A stretch of 64,000 bases of DNA. Origin: Elusimicrobia bacterium RIFOXYA2_FULL_39_19. Its GTDB lineage: Bacteria; Elusimicrobiota; Endomicrobiia; CG1-02-37-114; XYA2-FULL-39-19. Positions 25,670-34,343 of the stretch are shown here, in pieces. The notes under the pieces are model-generated. The model did no database searches. It saw nothing but the letters and a program-made list of their open reading frames with translations, and was not told where the DNA came from. The DNA lies in NCBI GenBank assembly GCA_001800285.1, contig MGVC01000005.1:18476-82475 (forward strand). Direction: 5' to 3'. Position numbers and translations under genes: made by a program. Position 1 is the first letter of the stretch. Every line of letters starts with the position of its first letter.

Positions 25670-26191
25670 TTATTGTTTCTCTTTATAGACTTTCTTCCTT
25701 ATAATCATCAGCACCGCAATAATTGAGGCAAACGCTATAGATACCTGTGCCAGCATATCAAAAGCCCTGTAATCAAGAATAATTGCAGATACAATGTTGG
25801 GCACGCCGGTTTGTACAAACCCGTTTTTAAGGTACTCTGAACCTATTTTCATAATAGGAGTTCCGAAACCCGGTATTTCAAGCAGGGCAATGTTAGCAAA
25901 TGTAAGAAAAATACCCATCAGGATAATGCTGATAGTTGTTGCAATAAATCTTCTTTCACGCACGTTTACCTTATCTTTTATTCCTACGGCACGGATAATA
26001 ATAACAAGTGAAAGAATTTCCACTACCAGCTGTAATATTGCCAGATCCGGGGATTGTAATAAAAGAAATACAATGGATAATCCCAGCCCCACTGCGCCAA
26101 TAGCTACCACCGAACCAAGTAAATCAGCCGTACCTATGGCTATAGCGGCCGCAATAATCATAAACACCAGAATAATCTGTATCTGAATCAT
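25670..26191 (-). CDS. MbhD-like / MrpA C-terminal-domain-like membrane protein
   Basis: 173 aa hydrophobic protein located between the NuoL-like subunit and the MnhB-like gene, as in Mbh/Mrp operons. Confidence 0.55.
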   Translation of the reverse strand: MIQIQIILVFMIIAAAIAIGTADLLGSVVAIGAVGLGLSIVFLLLQSPDLAILQLVVEILSLVIIIRAVGIKDKVNVRERRFIATTISIILMGIFLTFANIALLEIPGFGTPIMKIGSEYLKNGFVQTGVPNIVSAIILDYRAFDMLAQVSIAFASIIAVLMIIRKKVYKEKQ

Positions 26192-26192
26192 A

Positions 26193-28040
26193 TTACTTTC
26201 CTAAAAAAACGTACAACAGAATGGTTAAACCCATAATGCTCATGGCAAGGTAAATATGCATATTACCTGTATGCATCAGTGCTAACGCTGAAGCGAAAGC
26301 ATTCACAATAGCTTTTCCCCAGTCATAAATATCAAACACTTTTTTCTGGGCCAGCGCATAAGTTTGATCAAATATTTTTATTTCCTTAATAGTCTGGTAA
26401 AAATCTACGCCTGTTACCCTCTGGTTTTCCGGCAGCACTTCTCCGCCGATAAATATTTTATGCCGTTTTATTACAGACCCGAGACTGAAACTCGCCAGGA
26501 AAATAATAATGCCTATAATAATACACGCTATCAGAAGCATTGTGGCCAGTTCCGGCTGCCAGAAACCAATAAGATTTCCGCTTAACTGCAGATTAAATGC
26601 TGATAATGAAGGAATAATAAAATACTTTAAAGGAAGCGCAAAGGCAAACACGCCAAACACAATACAAAGCCCGGCAAGTAAAAGCTGGGGCAGCCACATC
26701 TGCCAGTTTACTTCGCCTTTTTGTTCATTTTTTTTCTGAGCGAAAAATATTGCATGAATAAGTTTCATAAAGCTTGCCAGTGTAAGGGCGGACCCAAACA
26801 TAGCCGCCACCAAACACACTAAAGCAATAATTTGAAATTTGGGTGATGCATTTTGAAATTGTGTTATCAGCCCCTGGTAAATCATCCACTTGGAAACAAA
26901 ACCGTTAAATGGCGGAACACCTGAAATAGACATAGACGCTATAAAAAACGCCGCAAAAGTCAGCGGCATGCCCGCTTTGCCTGCCAACGCGCCCAGTTTA
27001 TCTAAATCTGTGGTACCGGTTTTCTTTTCTATGGAACCGCCGCATAAAAAAAAGCAGGATTTGTATATTGCGTTATTTAACATATGAAATATTCCGCCTG
27101 CTATGCCCACCGGGTTTCCCGTGGCAAGGCCTAATATCATATAACCAACTTGTGAAACAGCGTGATAGGAAAGCAGTTTTTTCAGGTCATGTTGTATCAT
27201 GGCCATAAAAACAGCGGCAATAATCGTAACTGCACCTATAAACATAAGAAAAGCCGTTAACGGCAAACTTAAAGAAAACAAATTAAGTGAAATTCTGGCA
27301 AGCAGATAAATACCCAGCAGTTTATCCAGTGATGCCGGAAGAAGGGCAATTACCGGGGCAGGCGTTACAGGAGCCATATCTGGTATCCATGTATGAAAAG
27401 GCATAGCCCCTGCTTTTGCAAACGCTCCTATAGCCAAACATAAAAACGCTGTAAGAGCCAGCGTTGAATCTGCGGTTGAAAGAAATATTTTATCCATCTG
27501 CAAAGTACCGGTTAAAACCCAGATAATTGCAATACCTAAAATCATAAGGCAGTCTGAACCACCTACTATGATAAAGGTTTTCTTTGCCGCATCTTTTGAA
27601 TCCGGCGAATTTGATTGTATGAGAACATAAAGCGTTAAACCCAGAAAACCCCAGAAAACAAGCATTAATATCAGATTGTTTGCCAGCACACAGCCCAACG
27701 CCGCACTTATTGACCATAAAACAGATGTATAATAAAAACTTGAAATTGAAAATTTGTCTGTTTTAGGAAAGAATTTTGTTGAATATAGTATTACCAGTAT
27801 ACCAAACAAAGCAATGAACAGCACCAGAAAACGGTTGAAATTATCTATACGGAAAAGTTCTAAACCAAAAAGCTGAAAGTTAACGGGATTTGTTCTAAAA
27901 ATAATAAAAGTCATCAGAAATACAGCAATGGAACCGGCAAGTGCAAGCAGCTCGGCAATTAGCCTCTGCTTTTTAGGAATAACTGCGCAGACAAGCCCTG
28001 CGACAAACGGCACAGCTAATAAATATAAAATTAAATCCAT
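26193..28040 (-). CDS. MrpA/NuoL-type antiporter-like subunit
   Basis: 615 aa polytopic protein with HTWIPDMAPVTPAPVIALLPAS and LLSYHAVSQVGYM conserved segments. Confidence 0.8.
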   Translation of the reverse strand: MDLILYLLAVPFVAGLVCAVIPKKQRLIAELLALAGSIAVFLMTFIIFRTNPVNFQLFGLELFRIDNFNRFLVLFIALFGILVILYSTKFFPKTDKFSISSFYYTSVLWSISAALGCVLANNLILMLVFWGFLGLTLYVLIQSNSPDSKDAAKKTFIIVGGSDCLMILGIAIIWVLTGTLQMDKIFLSTADSTLALTAFLCLAIGAFAKAGAMPFHTWIPDMAPVTPAPVIALLPASLDKLLGIYLLARISLNLFSLSLPLTAFLMFIGAVTIIAAVFMAMIQHDLKKLLSYHAVSQVGYMILGLATGNPVGIAGGIFHMLNNAIYKSCFFLCGGSIEKKTGTTDLDKLGALAGKAGMPLTFAAFFIASMSISGVPPFNGFVSKWMIYQGLITQFQNASPKFQIIALVCLVAAMFGSALTLASFMKLIHAIFFAQKKNEQKGEVNWQMWLPQLLLAGLCIVFGVFAFALPLKYFIIPSLSAFNLQLSGNLIGFWQPELATMLLIACIIIGIIIFLASFSLGSVIKRHKIFIGGEVLPENQRVTGVDFYQTIKEIKIFDQTYALAQKKVFDIYDWGKAIVNAFASALALMHTGNMHIYLAMSIMGLTILLYVFLGK

Positions 28041-28042
28041 TT

Positions 28043-29257
28043 TTATTCCGTAATACCCATTTTCTTTTTCAGTTCCCGGGTTTTTTCCTGGCTGAGTTTT
28101 ATTAAATCACTGCCGCCTAATATTTTCTTATTGGTGTTTTTATCAATTACAACGCATCTTTCTGTACAGCAATAGCACGGGTCTACCGCTCCTAAGGTGA
28201 TAGCGGCGTCAGAAATAGTTCCCTTGATTGCGGTAATTTCATTTGTTGGCACATTTACATAAGAAGGGGCGCGGATTTTATGCCTTACCGGCCTGTTGGA
28301 ACCGTCTGAACGCACAAAGTGGAACACTTCCCCTCTGGGCGCTTCGTGCCGGCCTATGCCTTCACCTGCAGGAATGTTTTTTATTTTAAGATCAAAATTG
28401 CCTTCCGGCTCTTTTTTCAGGCCGTTTAAACAACCGCGTATTATTTTCACAGATTCGTACATCTCTAAAACACGTACTACAATTTTATCAAAGATATCAC
28501 CGTTAACGGCAGTAATAACTTTCCAATCTACCATACCGTAAGCGGCATATGGATTATCCCTGCGGATATCAATATCTACGCCGCTTGCTCTTGCTAGCGG
28601 GCCGACAGCGCAGAAATCTATAGCTTCTTTTTTTGTAAGCGGACAGATGCCTTTGGCTCTGGCTTGAATTACCGGGTCATCCATGACAGCGCCCTTGAAA
28701 AGGTCTATATAAGGAAGCAGGCCATCAAGCATTTTTTCCATTCTGGGAATATCTTCATTCAAAATATCTAAACGGACCCCACCGATTTTAAACATTGAAT
28801 AATGCTGGCGGTTACCGGTAATGTACTCCATAACATCTAATAACGGCTCTCTGGCTTTCCAGACCCACATCCATACAGTATTGTATCCTATAAAATGCCC
28901 CGCAAGTCCCAGCCAAAGCAAATGCGAGTGCAGTCTTTCAAGTTCGCCAACTATGGAACGGATATATTTGGTTCTGTCGGTCACTTCTATGCCTGCAAGA
29001 TCTTCTACGGCATTTACATAAGCAAACGGGTGTGAAGTGGAACAAATACCGCAGATTCTTTCAACAGTGAAAGCTACCTGGTCAAAGTGTTTGCTTTCGG
29101 AAATTTTTTCTATGCCACGGTGGTTATAACCGATTTCTATATCCAGTTTTTCCACTTTTTCGCCGTTTACAAACAGCTTGAAAAATTCAGGCTCTTCCTG
29201 AAGCGGATGATACGGCCCTATCGGTATAACAGTTTGTTTTTTCTTTTCTTCTTCCAT
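28043..29257 (-). CDS. Group 4 [NiFe]-hydrogenase large (catalytic) subunit, NuoD/MbhL/EchE-like
   Basis: N-terminal Ni-Fe ligand motif RICGICSTSH and C-terminal motif DPCYCCTER, followed by a 37 aa tail. Confidence 0.9.
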   Translation of the reverse strand: MEEEKKKQTVIPIGPYHPLQEEPEFFKLFVNGEKVEKLDIEIGYNHRGIEKISESKHFDQVAFTVERICGICSTSHPFAYVNAVEDLAGIEVTDRTKYIRSIVGELERLHSHLLWLGLAGHFIGYNTVWMWVWKAREPLLDVMEYITGNRQHYSMFKIGGVRLDILNEDIPRMEKMLDGLLPYIDLFKGAVMDDPVIQARAKGICPLTKKEAIDFCAVGPLARASGVDIDIRRDNPYAAYGMVDWKVITAVNGDIFDKIVVRVLEMYESVKIIRGCLNGLKKEPEGNFDLKIKNIPAGEGIGRHEAPRGEVFHFVRSDGSNRPVRHKIRAPSYVNVPTNEITAIKGTISDAAITLGAVDPCYCCTERCVVIDKNTNKKILGGSDLIKLSQEKTRELKKKMGITE

Positions 29258-29272
29258 TTGCTTTCCCTTGCC

Positions 29273-29333
29273 CCGTCTGCCTTTGCAGGACGGATAATTC
29301 TAATGCTCTAAGCTCTAATTTCTAATGCTCTAC
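29273..29333 (-). repeat. Intercistronic hairpin plus an array of five UAG-containing 7-8 nt units
   Basis: The minus strand after the stop codon reads TAG AGCAT TAG AAAT TAG AGCT TAG AGCAT TAG AAT. Next comes CCGTCCTGC-AAAG-GCAGACGG (an 8 bp stem with one bulge), and then the RBS of the large-subunit gene. Confidence 0.5.
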
Positions 29334-29764
29334 TTCTCCGTCTGCCTTAACGGGTATTTGCCTTCCGGCCAGTCTTCTGCCAGAAGCAATCTTTTCATAT
29401 TCGGATGATTTTTAAAATTTATGCCCAGCATTTCCCAGATTTCACGCTCAATCCATTCGGCTCCGCGGATAAGCGGTGTGATAGAATCTATTTCCGGTTT
29501 ATCTTTTTCGTTTAAGTAAACGCGCAGGGTTATGACTTCGCCTGTTTTGTCATAAGAAAAATGGTACATTATTTCAAACCCGGTCCTTAAATGAACCCCG
29601 GTGGCTGTAATGAAACGGCTTTCTAAACCGTTAAACATTATTTTTGTGCATTCAATGATGTCATGCGGATTTATTTCCAGATAATGGCGTTTCTCGTTTT
29701 TCTTGAAATAATTTTTTACTTTATTTCCCAGTTTTTCTCTTGCTTTTTCTATAATGCTTTCCAT
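29330..29764 (-). CDS. NuoC/MbhK-like hydrogenase subunit
   Basis: 144 aa with ...AEWIEREIWEMLGINFKNHPNMKRLL..., typical of the 30 kDa NuoC family. Confidence 0.8.
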   Translation of the reverse strand: MESIIEKAREKLGNKVKNYFKKNEKRHYLEINPHDIIECTKIMFNGLESRFITATGVHLRTGFEIMYHFSYDKTGEVITLRVYLNEKDKPEIDSITPLIRGAEWIEREIWEMLGINFKNHPNMKRLLLAEDWPEGKYPLRQTEK

Positions 29765-29775
29765 TTTATTCCTGT

Positions 29776-30201
29776 TTATAAACCTTTAAGTTTTTTTATC
29801 AGCTTTACCACGCCCATTATCATGGCTTCAGGCTTCGGCGGGCAGCCCGGGACATACGCATCAACGGGTATTATTTCATCCAGTGGTTTTACGAAATTAT
29901 AGGAATCCCTGAACATATTACCTCCGCAGGCGCAGCTGCCTATGGCTATAACAACACCGGGCTTGGGCATCTGTTCATAAACTTCTTTTATCCTGGGGGC
30001 TGTTTTCATGTTTGGTACGCCGGTAACCAGCATGGCATCGGCATGTTTTATACTGCCTACCAGAGATATACCAAAACGTTCCACGTCATGCCTGGGTGTA
30101 AGCAGGTCAAGAATTTCTATATCGCAGTTGTTGCACGGGCTACAAGCCGCGTGATAAACCCAGATTGATTTGGTAAGCGCTTTGATAACTATTTTTTTCA
30201 T
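29776..30201 (-). CDS. NuoB/MbhJ-like [NiFe]-hydrogenase small subunit
   Basis: Cys ligands CSPCNNC ... GSCACGG ... GCPPKPE. Confidence 0.85.
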   Translation of the reverse strand: MKKIVIKALTKSIWVYHAACSPCNNCDIEILDLLTPRHDVERFGISLVGSIKHADAMLVTGVPNMKTAPRIKEVYEQMPKPGVVIAIGSCACGGNMFRDSYNFVKPLDEIIPVDAYVPGCPPKPEAMIMGVVKLIKKLKGL

Positions 30202-31110
30202 TTATAATCCGATTAACGCCAGAATTACTGCAATTAAGGACAATCCTGCGCCGTAGGTCCAGAAAAACTTTACGGCCTGGTCTATTCTTAAACGCGGATT
30301 TGTGTTTTTTATAAGTATTATTATTACAAGAACTCCAGCAAATTTAAGTAAGTTGTACAAAAAATCTGCAGAAGGCATAAACAGGGCTACAAGAAAACTA
30401 GGCAAAACAAAAAGCATAATCCATTTTGTAAGCTTAAATATTGCCAGAGGCGTGCCGGAATATTCTACTGCCGGGCCTGCAATAATTTCCTGTTCCGCTT
30501 CCGGAATGTCAAAAGGTGTCAAGCAAAGTTTTGCCTGGATACATAAAATTGCCACAATAAAAGCAATTATGCCTGAAGCTGATGTAATAACTGCCGGATT
30601 TGCCAACTGATAAGTTACTATGTCGCCCATTCTTATACTGCCTGTTTTTATGATGACAGTGAGAATACTTAAAATAAAAGGAATCTCATAAGAAAGAATT
30701 AGTTTCATTTCTCGGCTTGCGCCGATAGATGCTATAGGATTATTGGAAGCAAAACCGCCAATTATTACCGCTATTGAAGGAATGGCCAGCAGATAGATTA
30801 CTACAATTAAATCTCCTATAAAGGTTTTGCCGGGTACAAGCATGGCATTCCATACTATTACTGACACCAGGGTGATAGCGGCCAGCCCGAAAACCGGAGC
30901 GGACAAAAACGTAAATACAGAGGTCTGTTCCGGCACAGAAATTTCTTTGCCCAGCAATTTTACGAAATCATAAACCGGTTGTAACAAAGGAGGGCCTTTA
31001 CGCCACTGGACCCTGGCTGATACCTTTCTGTCAATATAAACAGCCAGCATTCCGAAAACTGCGGAAAACAAAAAACCCGGAAAAATTAAATAATCAAAAA
31101 ATGTGCTCAT
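30202..31110 (-). CDS. NuoH/HycD/MbhM-like membrane subunit
   Basis: 302 aa polytopic protein with RKVSARVQWRKGPP and EAEQEIIAGPAVEYSG segments typical of the NuoH family. Confidence 0.8.
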   Translation of the reverse strand: MSTFFDYLIFPGFLFSAVFGMLAVYIDRKVSARVQWRKGPPLLQPVYDFVKLLGKEISVPEQTSVFTFLSAPVFGLAAITLVSVIVWNAMLVPGKTFIGDLIVVIYLLAIPSIAVIIGGFASNNPIASIGASREMKLILSYEIPFILSILTVIIKTGSIRMGDIVTYQLANPAVITSASGIIAFIVAILCIQAKLCLTPFDIPEAEQEIIAGPAVEYSGTPLAIFKLTKWIMLFVLPSFLVALFMPSADFLYNLLKFAGVLVIIILIKNTNPRLRIDQAVKFFWTYGAGLSLIAVILALIGL

Positions 31111-31111
31111 T

Positions 31112-31645
31112 TTATTTTACTACTCCGGCTTTTGCATCTTTTTTCCATGGTATACCATGGACTGCCAGGTGGTCATTTATTATATAAATGTTTTTTTCTG
31201 CCGATTCTTCAACTTCAACATATTTAAGCGCTTTGTTTGGGCAGGTTTCTACACAGAGCGGGTCTTTATCATCAGACCTTCCCGCACAATAATCACAACC
31301 GGAAGATTTATAAGGAAGTATGTCAGGATATATTGTACCAAACGGGCAAGCTACGCTGCAGGATTTACAGGAAGTGCATTTCATCATAAACCGCTGTAAT
31401 ATACCCGCATCATCTTTGCCCAGGGCTTCCTGCGGGCAGGCATTAACACAGAACTTTTCTTCGCATCTTCTGCAGACTACGTACTGGGCCGCTTTTGAAA
31501 GCATCTTTTCCGGGCCGTTGTTTGTTATAGGCGTTTTTAAAAGGTTTTCTGTGTTATGATAAAAGTAACTGCATTTGGCAGAACAGCACTTATCCTGATT
31601 TTTGCATTTGTAGCAGATTTCTATGTCTAAAAGTATTCTTTTCAT
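31112..31645 (-). CDS. HycB/HydN-like poly-[4Fe-4S] ferredoxin
   Basis: Four Cys clusters, including CRRCEEKFCVNACP, CTSCKSCSVACP and CDYCAGR...PLCVETCP. Confidence 0.75.
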   Translation of the reverse strand: MKRILLDIEICYKCKNQDKCCSAKCSYFYHNTENLLKTPITNNGPEKMLSKAAQYVVCRRCEEKFCVNACPQEALGKDDAGILQRFMMKCTSCKSCSVACPFGTIYPDILPYKSSGCDYCAGRSDDKDPLCVETCPNKALKYVEVEESAEKNIYIINDHLAVHGIPWKKDAKAGVVK

Positions 31646-31647
31646 GT

Positions 31648-32475
31648 TTAATCCCAGATTTCCGGTTCATCCTTCAGTTGTTCATAAGTGAAAACCGGAC
31701 CATCTTTACAACAATAGTGAGGGCCGACACCGCAATGCCCGCATTTTCCCAGCCCGCAGCTCATATTTCTTTCCATGGAAAGATACGTATTTTCAGGGTT
31801 ATAACCCTGCTGGTATATTTTAAGCGTGGCAAATTTCATCATTATCGGCGGCCCGCAGACAATTACCGCGGCATTATCTCTGTCTGCATTTACTTTATCA
31901 AGCAAACAGGTGACTAAGCCCACTGTTTCATCCCATTTTACATTTTCCGGACATTTATCTACGCTTCTTACAATTTCAAGGCCCTTTATTTCTTTCCATT
32001 TCGGGAAAAGATATTTATAAACTACATCATCCGGTGTTTTGGAACCGTAACATAAAGTAATTTTTTTGAATTTTTCAATTTGTTCAATCAAAGTCAGAAG
32101 CAGTGACCGCAGAGGAGCCAACCCTACCCCTCCGCCGACTATCAGCACTTCATGGTTAAAATATTTTTCTACCGGGTAGCCTTTGCCGTAAGGGCCTCTT
32201 AAACCAACAGTATCTCCGGGTTTAAGGGCATGAATTTTTTCTGTGTTTACACCCACCTTCATTATGGTAAATTCCATGGTATCTTTAACTGAAGGAGAAG
32301 ATGACGGCGTAAAGGCAGATTCTCCGATACCCGCTATTGTAACCAGCATGAACTGGCCGGTTTGAAAAGCTATAGGCTGTTTGGGCCTGAAGACAAAAGT
32401 TTTGATGGAAGCTGTTTCATCAATTACTTTTTCAACCGTTGCTTCTATGGGAAGATAGGGATTAACCTGGCTCAT
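31648..32475 (-). CDS. FAD/NAD(P)-binding oxidoreductase with a C-terminal [2Fe-2S]. Resembles AsrB, sulfhydrogenase gamma and PyrK.
   Basis: FNR-like fold signatures (VLIVGGGVGLAPLRSLL, VIVCGPP) and C-terminal CGLGKCGHCGVGPHYCCKDGPVF. Confidence 0.75.
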   Translation of the reverse strand: MSQVNPYLPIEATVEKVIDETASIKTFVFRPKQPIAFQTGQFMLVTIAGIGESAFTPSSSPSVKDTMEFTIMKVGVNTEKIHALKPGDTVGLRGPYGKGYPVEKYFNHEVLIVGGGVGLAPLRSLLLTLIEQIEKFKKITLCYGSKTPDDVVYKYLFPKWKEIKGLEIVRSVDKCPENVKWDETVGLVTCLLDKVNADRDNAAVIVCGPPIMMKFATLKIYQQGYNPENTYLSMERNMSCGLGKCGHCGVGPHYCCKDGPVFTYEQLKDEPEIWD

Positions 32476-32479
32476 ATAG

Positions 32480-33490
32480 TTAACTTTCTGCGCTTAGTTT
32501 TTTTACTACGTCGCGGATATCAATTTTGCCGGGGCATACAGAAATACAGCGGCCGCAGCCGGTACAAGCATAGATGCCAAAATTAGTTTTTCTGTAATTT
32601 AATTTGCACTGGTACCTGTTTCTGAATCTTTCATGGATTTTCGGCCTGGCATTTCCGCCGCCGGCCACTTTGCCGTGAGTAGTGTAATGGCAGGCGTCCC
32701 AGTAGCGATACTTAGCATTAGCTTCAGTTAAGTAGAAACAATAACAGCTGGGGCAGATGTTGTTGCAGCCGGTGCACTGAACACAGGTTTTACAGTATTC
32801 TTTCCAGCTTTCTGATAGATACTTTCTTCCTGCTAAACCCTTAAAATCAATATCTTTTATACTTTTATAATTAACATTTATGCGGTCAAGCGTTTTTACT
32901 GCAGAGTCACGCATTTCTTCTCTTTTAGATAGCTCTGTATCAACTGCATCCCTGAAAAACGCCTGGGCCTGAGCTATGATTTCTTCTGCAACAACTGAAA
33001 TCACATCTACTACATAACCGTCATCAACTGGAGAAAAATTAAGGTCAAAACTTTTATTTTCATAGGCCTGAGCAAACGGATTGCCGCCTATAAAGGTGCA
33101 GAAACAGGTATCTTTTGGGGTTGGGCAATCTGAAGCAAAGATGAGCGTATTAGCCAGCTTGTTTTCTACAAACGGGTCAGTGCATACTCCGCCTAAATAT
33201 ACTTCTTTTATTATTTTCAGGGCATTCAAGTCACAGGCTTTTACACCAAAGATTATTGTTTTCTTTTCCAAATTAAGAGAGGCCGTATCCAGTTTTTCGT
33301 TGTGATTAAAGAAAAAAGACCTTAAGGGCAGGTTGGCGCGGACATTATCGATGCTTATATCAATTGACGGGCCATTAGCGGAATACTTTTTGTAGGCATC
33401 ATTATCAGCAAGGTAGTAGATATCATTATCTACCGATAGCGTGCCTAAAAAATCGTTTAAATCTTTCTTAAAAATAAATTGTGATTTCAT
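32480..33490 (-). CDS. AsrA / sulfhydrogenase beta-like iron-sulfur subunit
   Basis: CKTCVQCTGCNNICPSCYC and CTGCGRCISVCPGKIDI motifs, paired with the gamma-like gene 4 nt downstream. Confidence 0.7.
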   Translation of the reverse strand: MKSQFIFKKDLNDFLGTLSVDNDIYYLADNDAYKKYSANGPSIDISIDNVRANLPLRSFFFNHNEKLDTASLNLEKKTIIFGVKACDLNALKIIKEVYLGGVCTDPFVENKLANTLIFASDCPTPKDTCFCTFIGGNPFAQAYENKSFDLNFSPVDDGYVVDVISVVAEEIIAQAQAFFRDAVDTELSKREEMRDSAVKTLDRINVNYKSIKDIDFKGLAGRKYLSESWKEYCKTCVQCTGCNNICPSCYCFYLTEANAKYRYWDACHYTTHGKVAGGGNARPKIHERFRNRYQCKLNYRKTNFGIYACTGCGRCISVCPGKIDIRDVVKKLSAES

Positions 33491-33519
33491 AAGATTAGTT
33501 AAATTATTTGAATTATCAG

Positions 33520-33548
33520 ATTAAACAAAATTATTCCATTTATGTCAA
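33520..33548 (-). promoter_or_regulatory. Sigma70-type promoter candidate for the 16-gene hydrogenase operon
   Basis: Minus strand TTGACA (33543-33548), 17 nt spacer, TTTAAT (33520-33525), about 30 nt upstream of the ATG at 33490. Confidence 0.4.
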
Positions 33549-33623
33549 GAAAATGCACTCAAAACATGCTTTTGTTAATCCACGCGGGCAGAGCCAGTGG
33601 TATTCTGTTGCCGTTTTACGGGG

Positions 33624-34343
33624 TTAGGCCTCGGTTTTTTCTATTTCTTTGGCAAGAATTACAGCTTCAGCTACGGCACGAAGGGTTTTACGGGCATCCA
33701 TACTTTTTTTCTGCAGCAGCCTGTAGGCATCTTCTTCAGAATGACCATACTGTTTCATAATGATACCTTTGGCTTTTTCTACAAGCTTGCGGGTTTCAAG
33801 CTCTTCTTTTAAAATATTTGATGTGACCAGCAGGTTCGCATTTTCTATAACTACGGCCGCCTGGTTTGCAACAGTTGTTAAGACAGCTATTTCTGAATCA
33901 GTAAACTTATGAAAAAATGAAGTATAACAATTTAAAGCTCCAATGGGTTTACCTTTTACGTCCAGCGGCACGCACAGCAAGGACTTTAAACCCAGTTTTT
34001 TTGCCATATCCTTAAATTTAAACTCCGGTTCATTTAAAACATCTAAAACCTGAATAGGTTTATTTTCCTTGAGTACTTTACCTGCAATGCCTTCCCCTAT
34101 TTTTAAAGAACCCTTTTTTATATATTCCTCACTCATGCTTTGGGTAGCTTTAATGTCCAGGGCTCCCTGCTTTACATCAAATAACATTATTGAACAGATC
34201 TCTGATTTCATTACCTGTGCGGTTACGGTGACAATAAGCTTTAAAATATCTTCCAAGTAAAGGTCTGATGTGATGGCTTTGCTGATTTTTGAGACAGCGT
34301 TAATGAAATCATTGTGGTCAGTCTTGTTTCTTGTTTTTTTCAT
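33624..34343 (-). CDS. GAF-ANTAR RNA-binding antitermination regulator
   Basis: Central GAF-like region and a C-terminal ANTAR signature, LETRKLVEKAKGIIMKQYGHSEEDAYRLLQKKSMDARKTLRAVAEAVI. The start overlaps the radical SAM gene's stop codon (ATGA). Confidence 0.8.
   Translation of the reverse strand: MKKTRNKTDHNDFINAVSKISKAITSDLYLEDILKLIVTVTAQVMKSEICSIMLFDVKQGALDIKATQSMSEEYIKKGSLKIGEGIAGKVLKENKPIQVLDVLNEPEFKFKDMAKKLGLKSLLCVPLDVKGKPIGALNCYTSFFHKFTDSEIAVLTTVANQAAVVIENANLLVTSNILKEELETRKLVEKAKGIIMKQYGHSEEDAYRLLQKKSMDARKTLRAVAEAVILAKEIEKTEA

Noticed and set aside
25794-26186. 130-aa + strand ORF. Similar long antisense ORFs occur at 35676-36173, 45973-46398, 60339-60866 and 63438-63830.
   Set aside because: Each is antisense to a gene with strong family motifs (MbhD-like, HprK-like, GlmS, NfeD, SPFH). 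They are shadow ORFs, which are typical of AT-rich coding regions.
33491-33623. Looked for an ANTAR target (two hairpins with hexaloops, A at position 1 and G at position 4) between the ANTAR gene and the hydrogenase operon
   Set aside because: Only short, irregular hairpins were found (CCG-UAAAA-CGG, CCAC...GUGG) and no dual-hexaloop arrangement. No ANTAR site is claimed.
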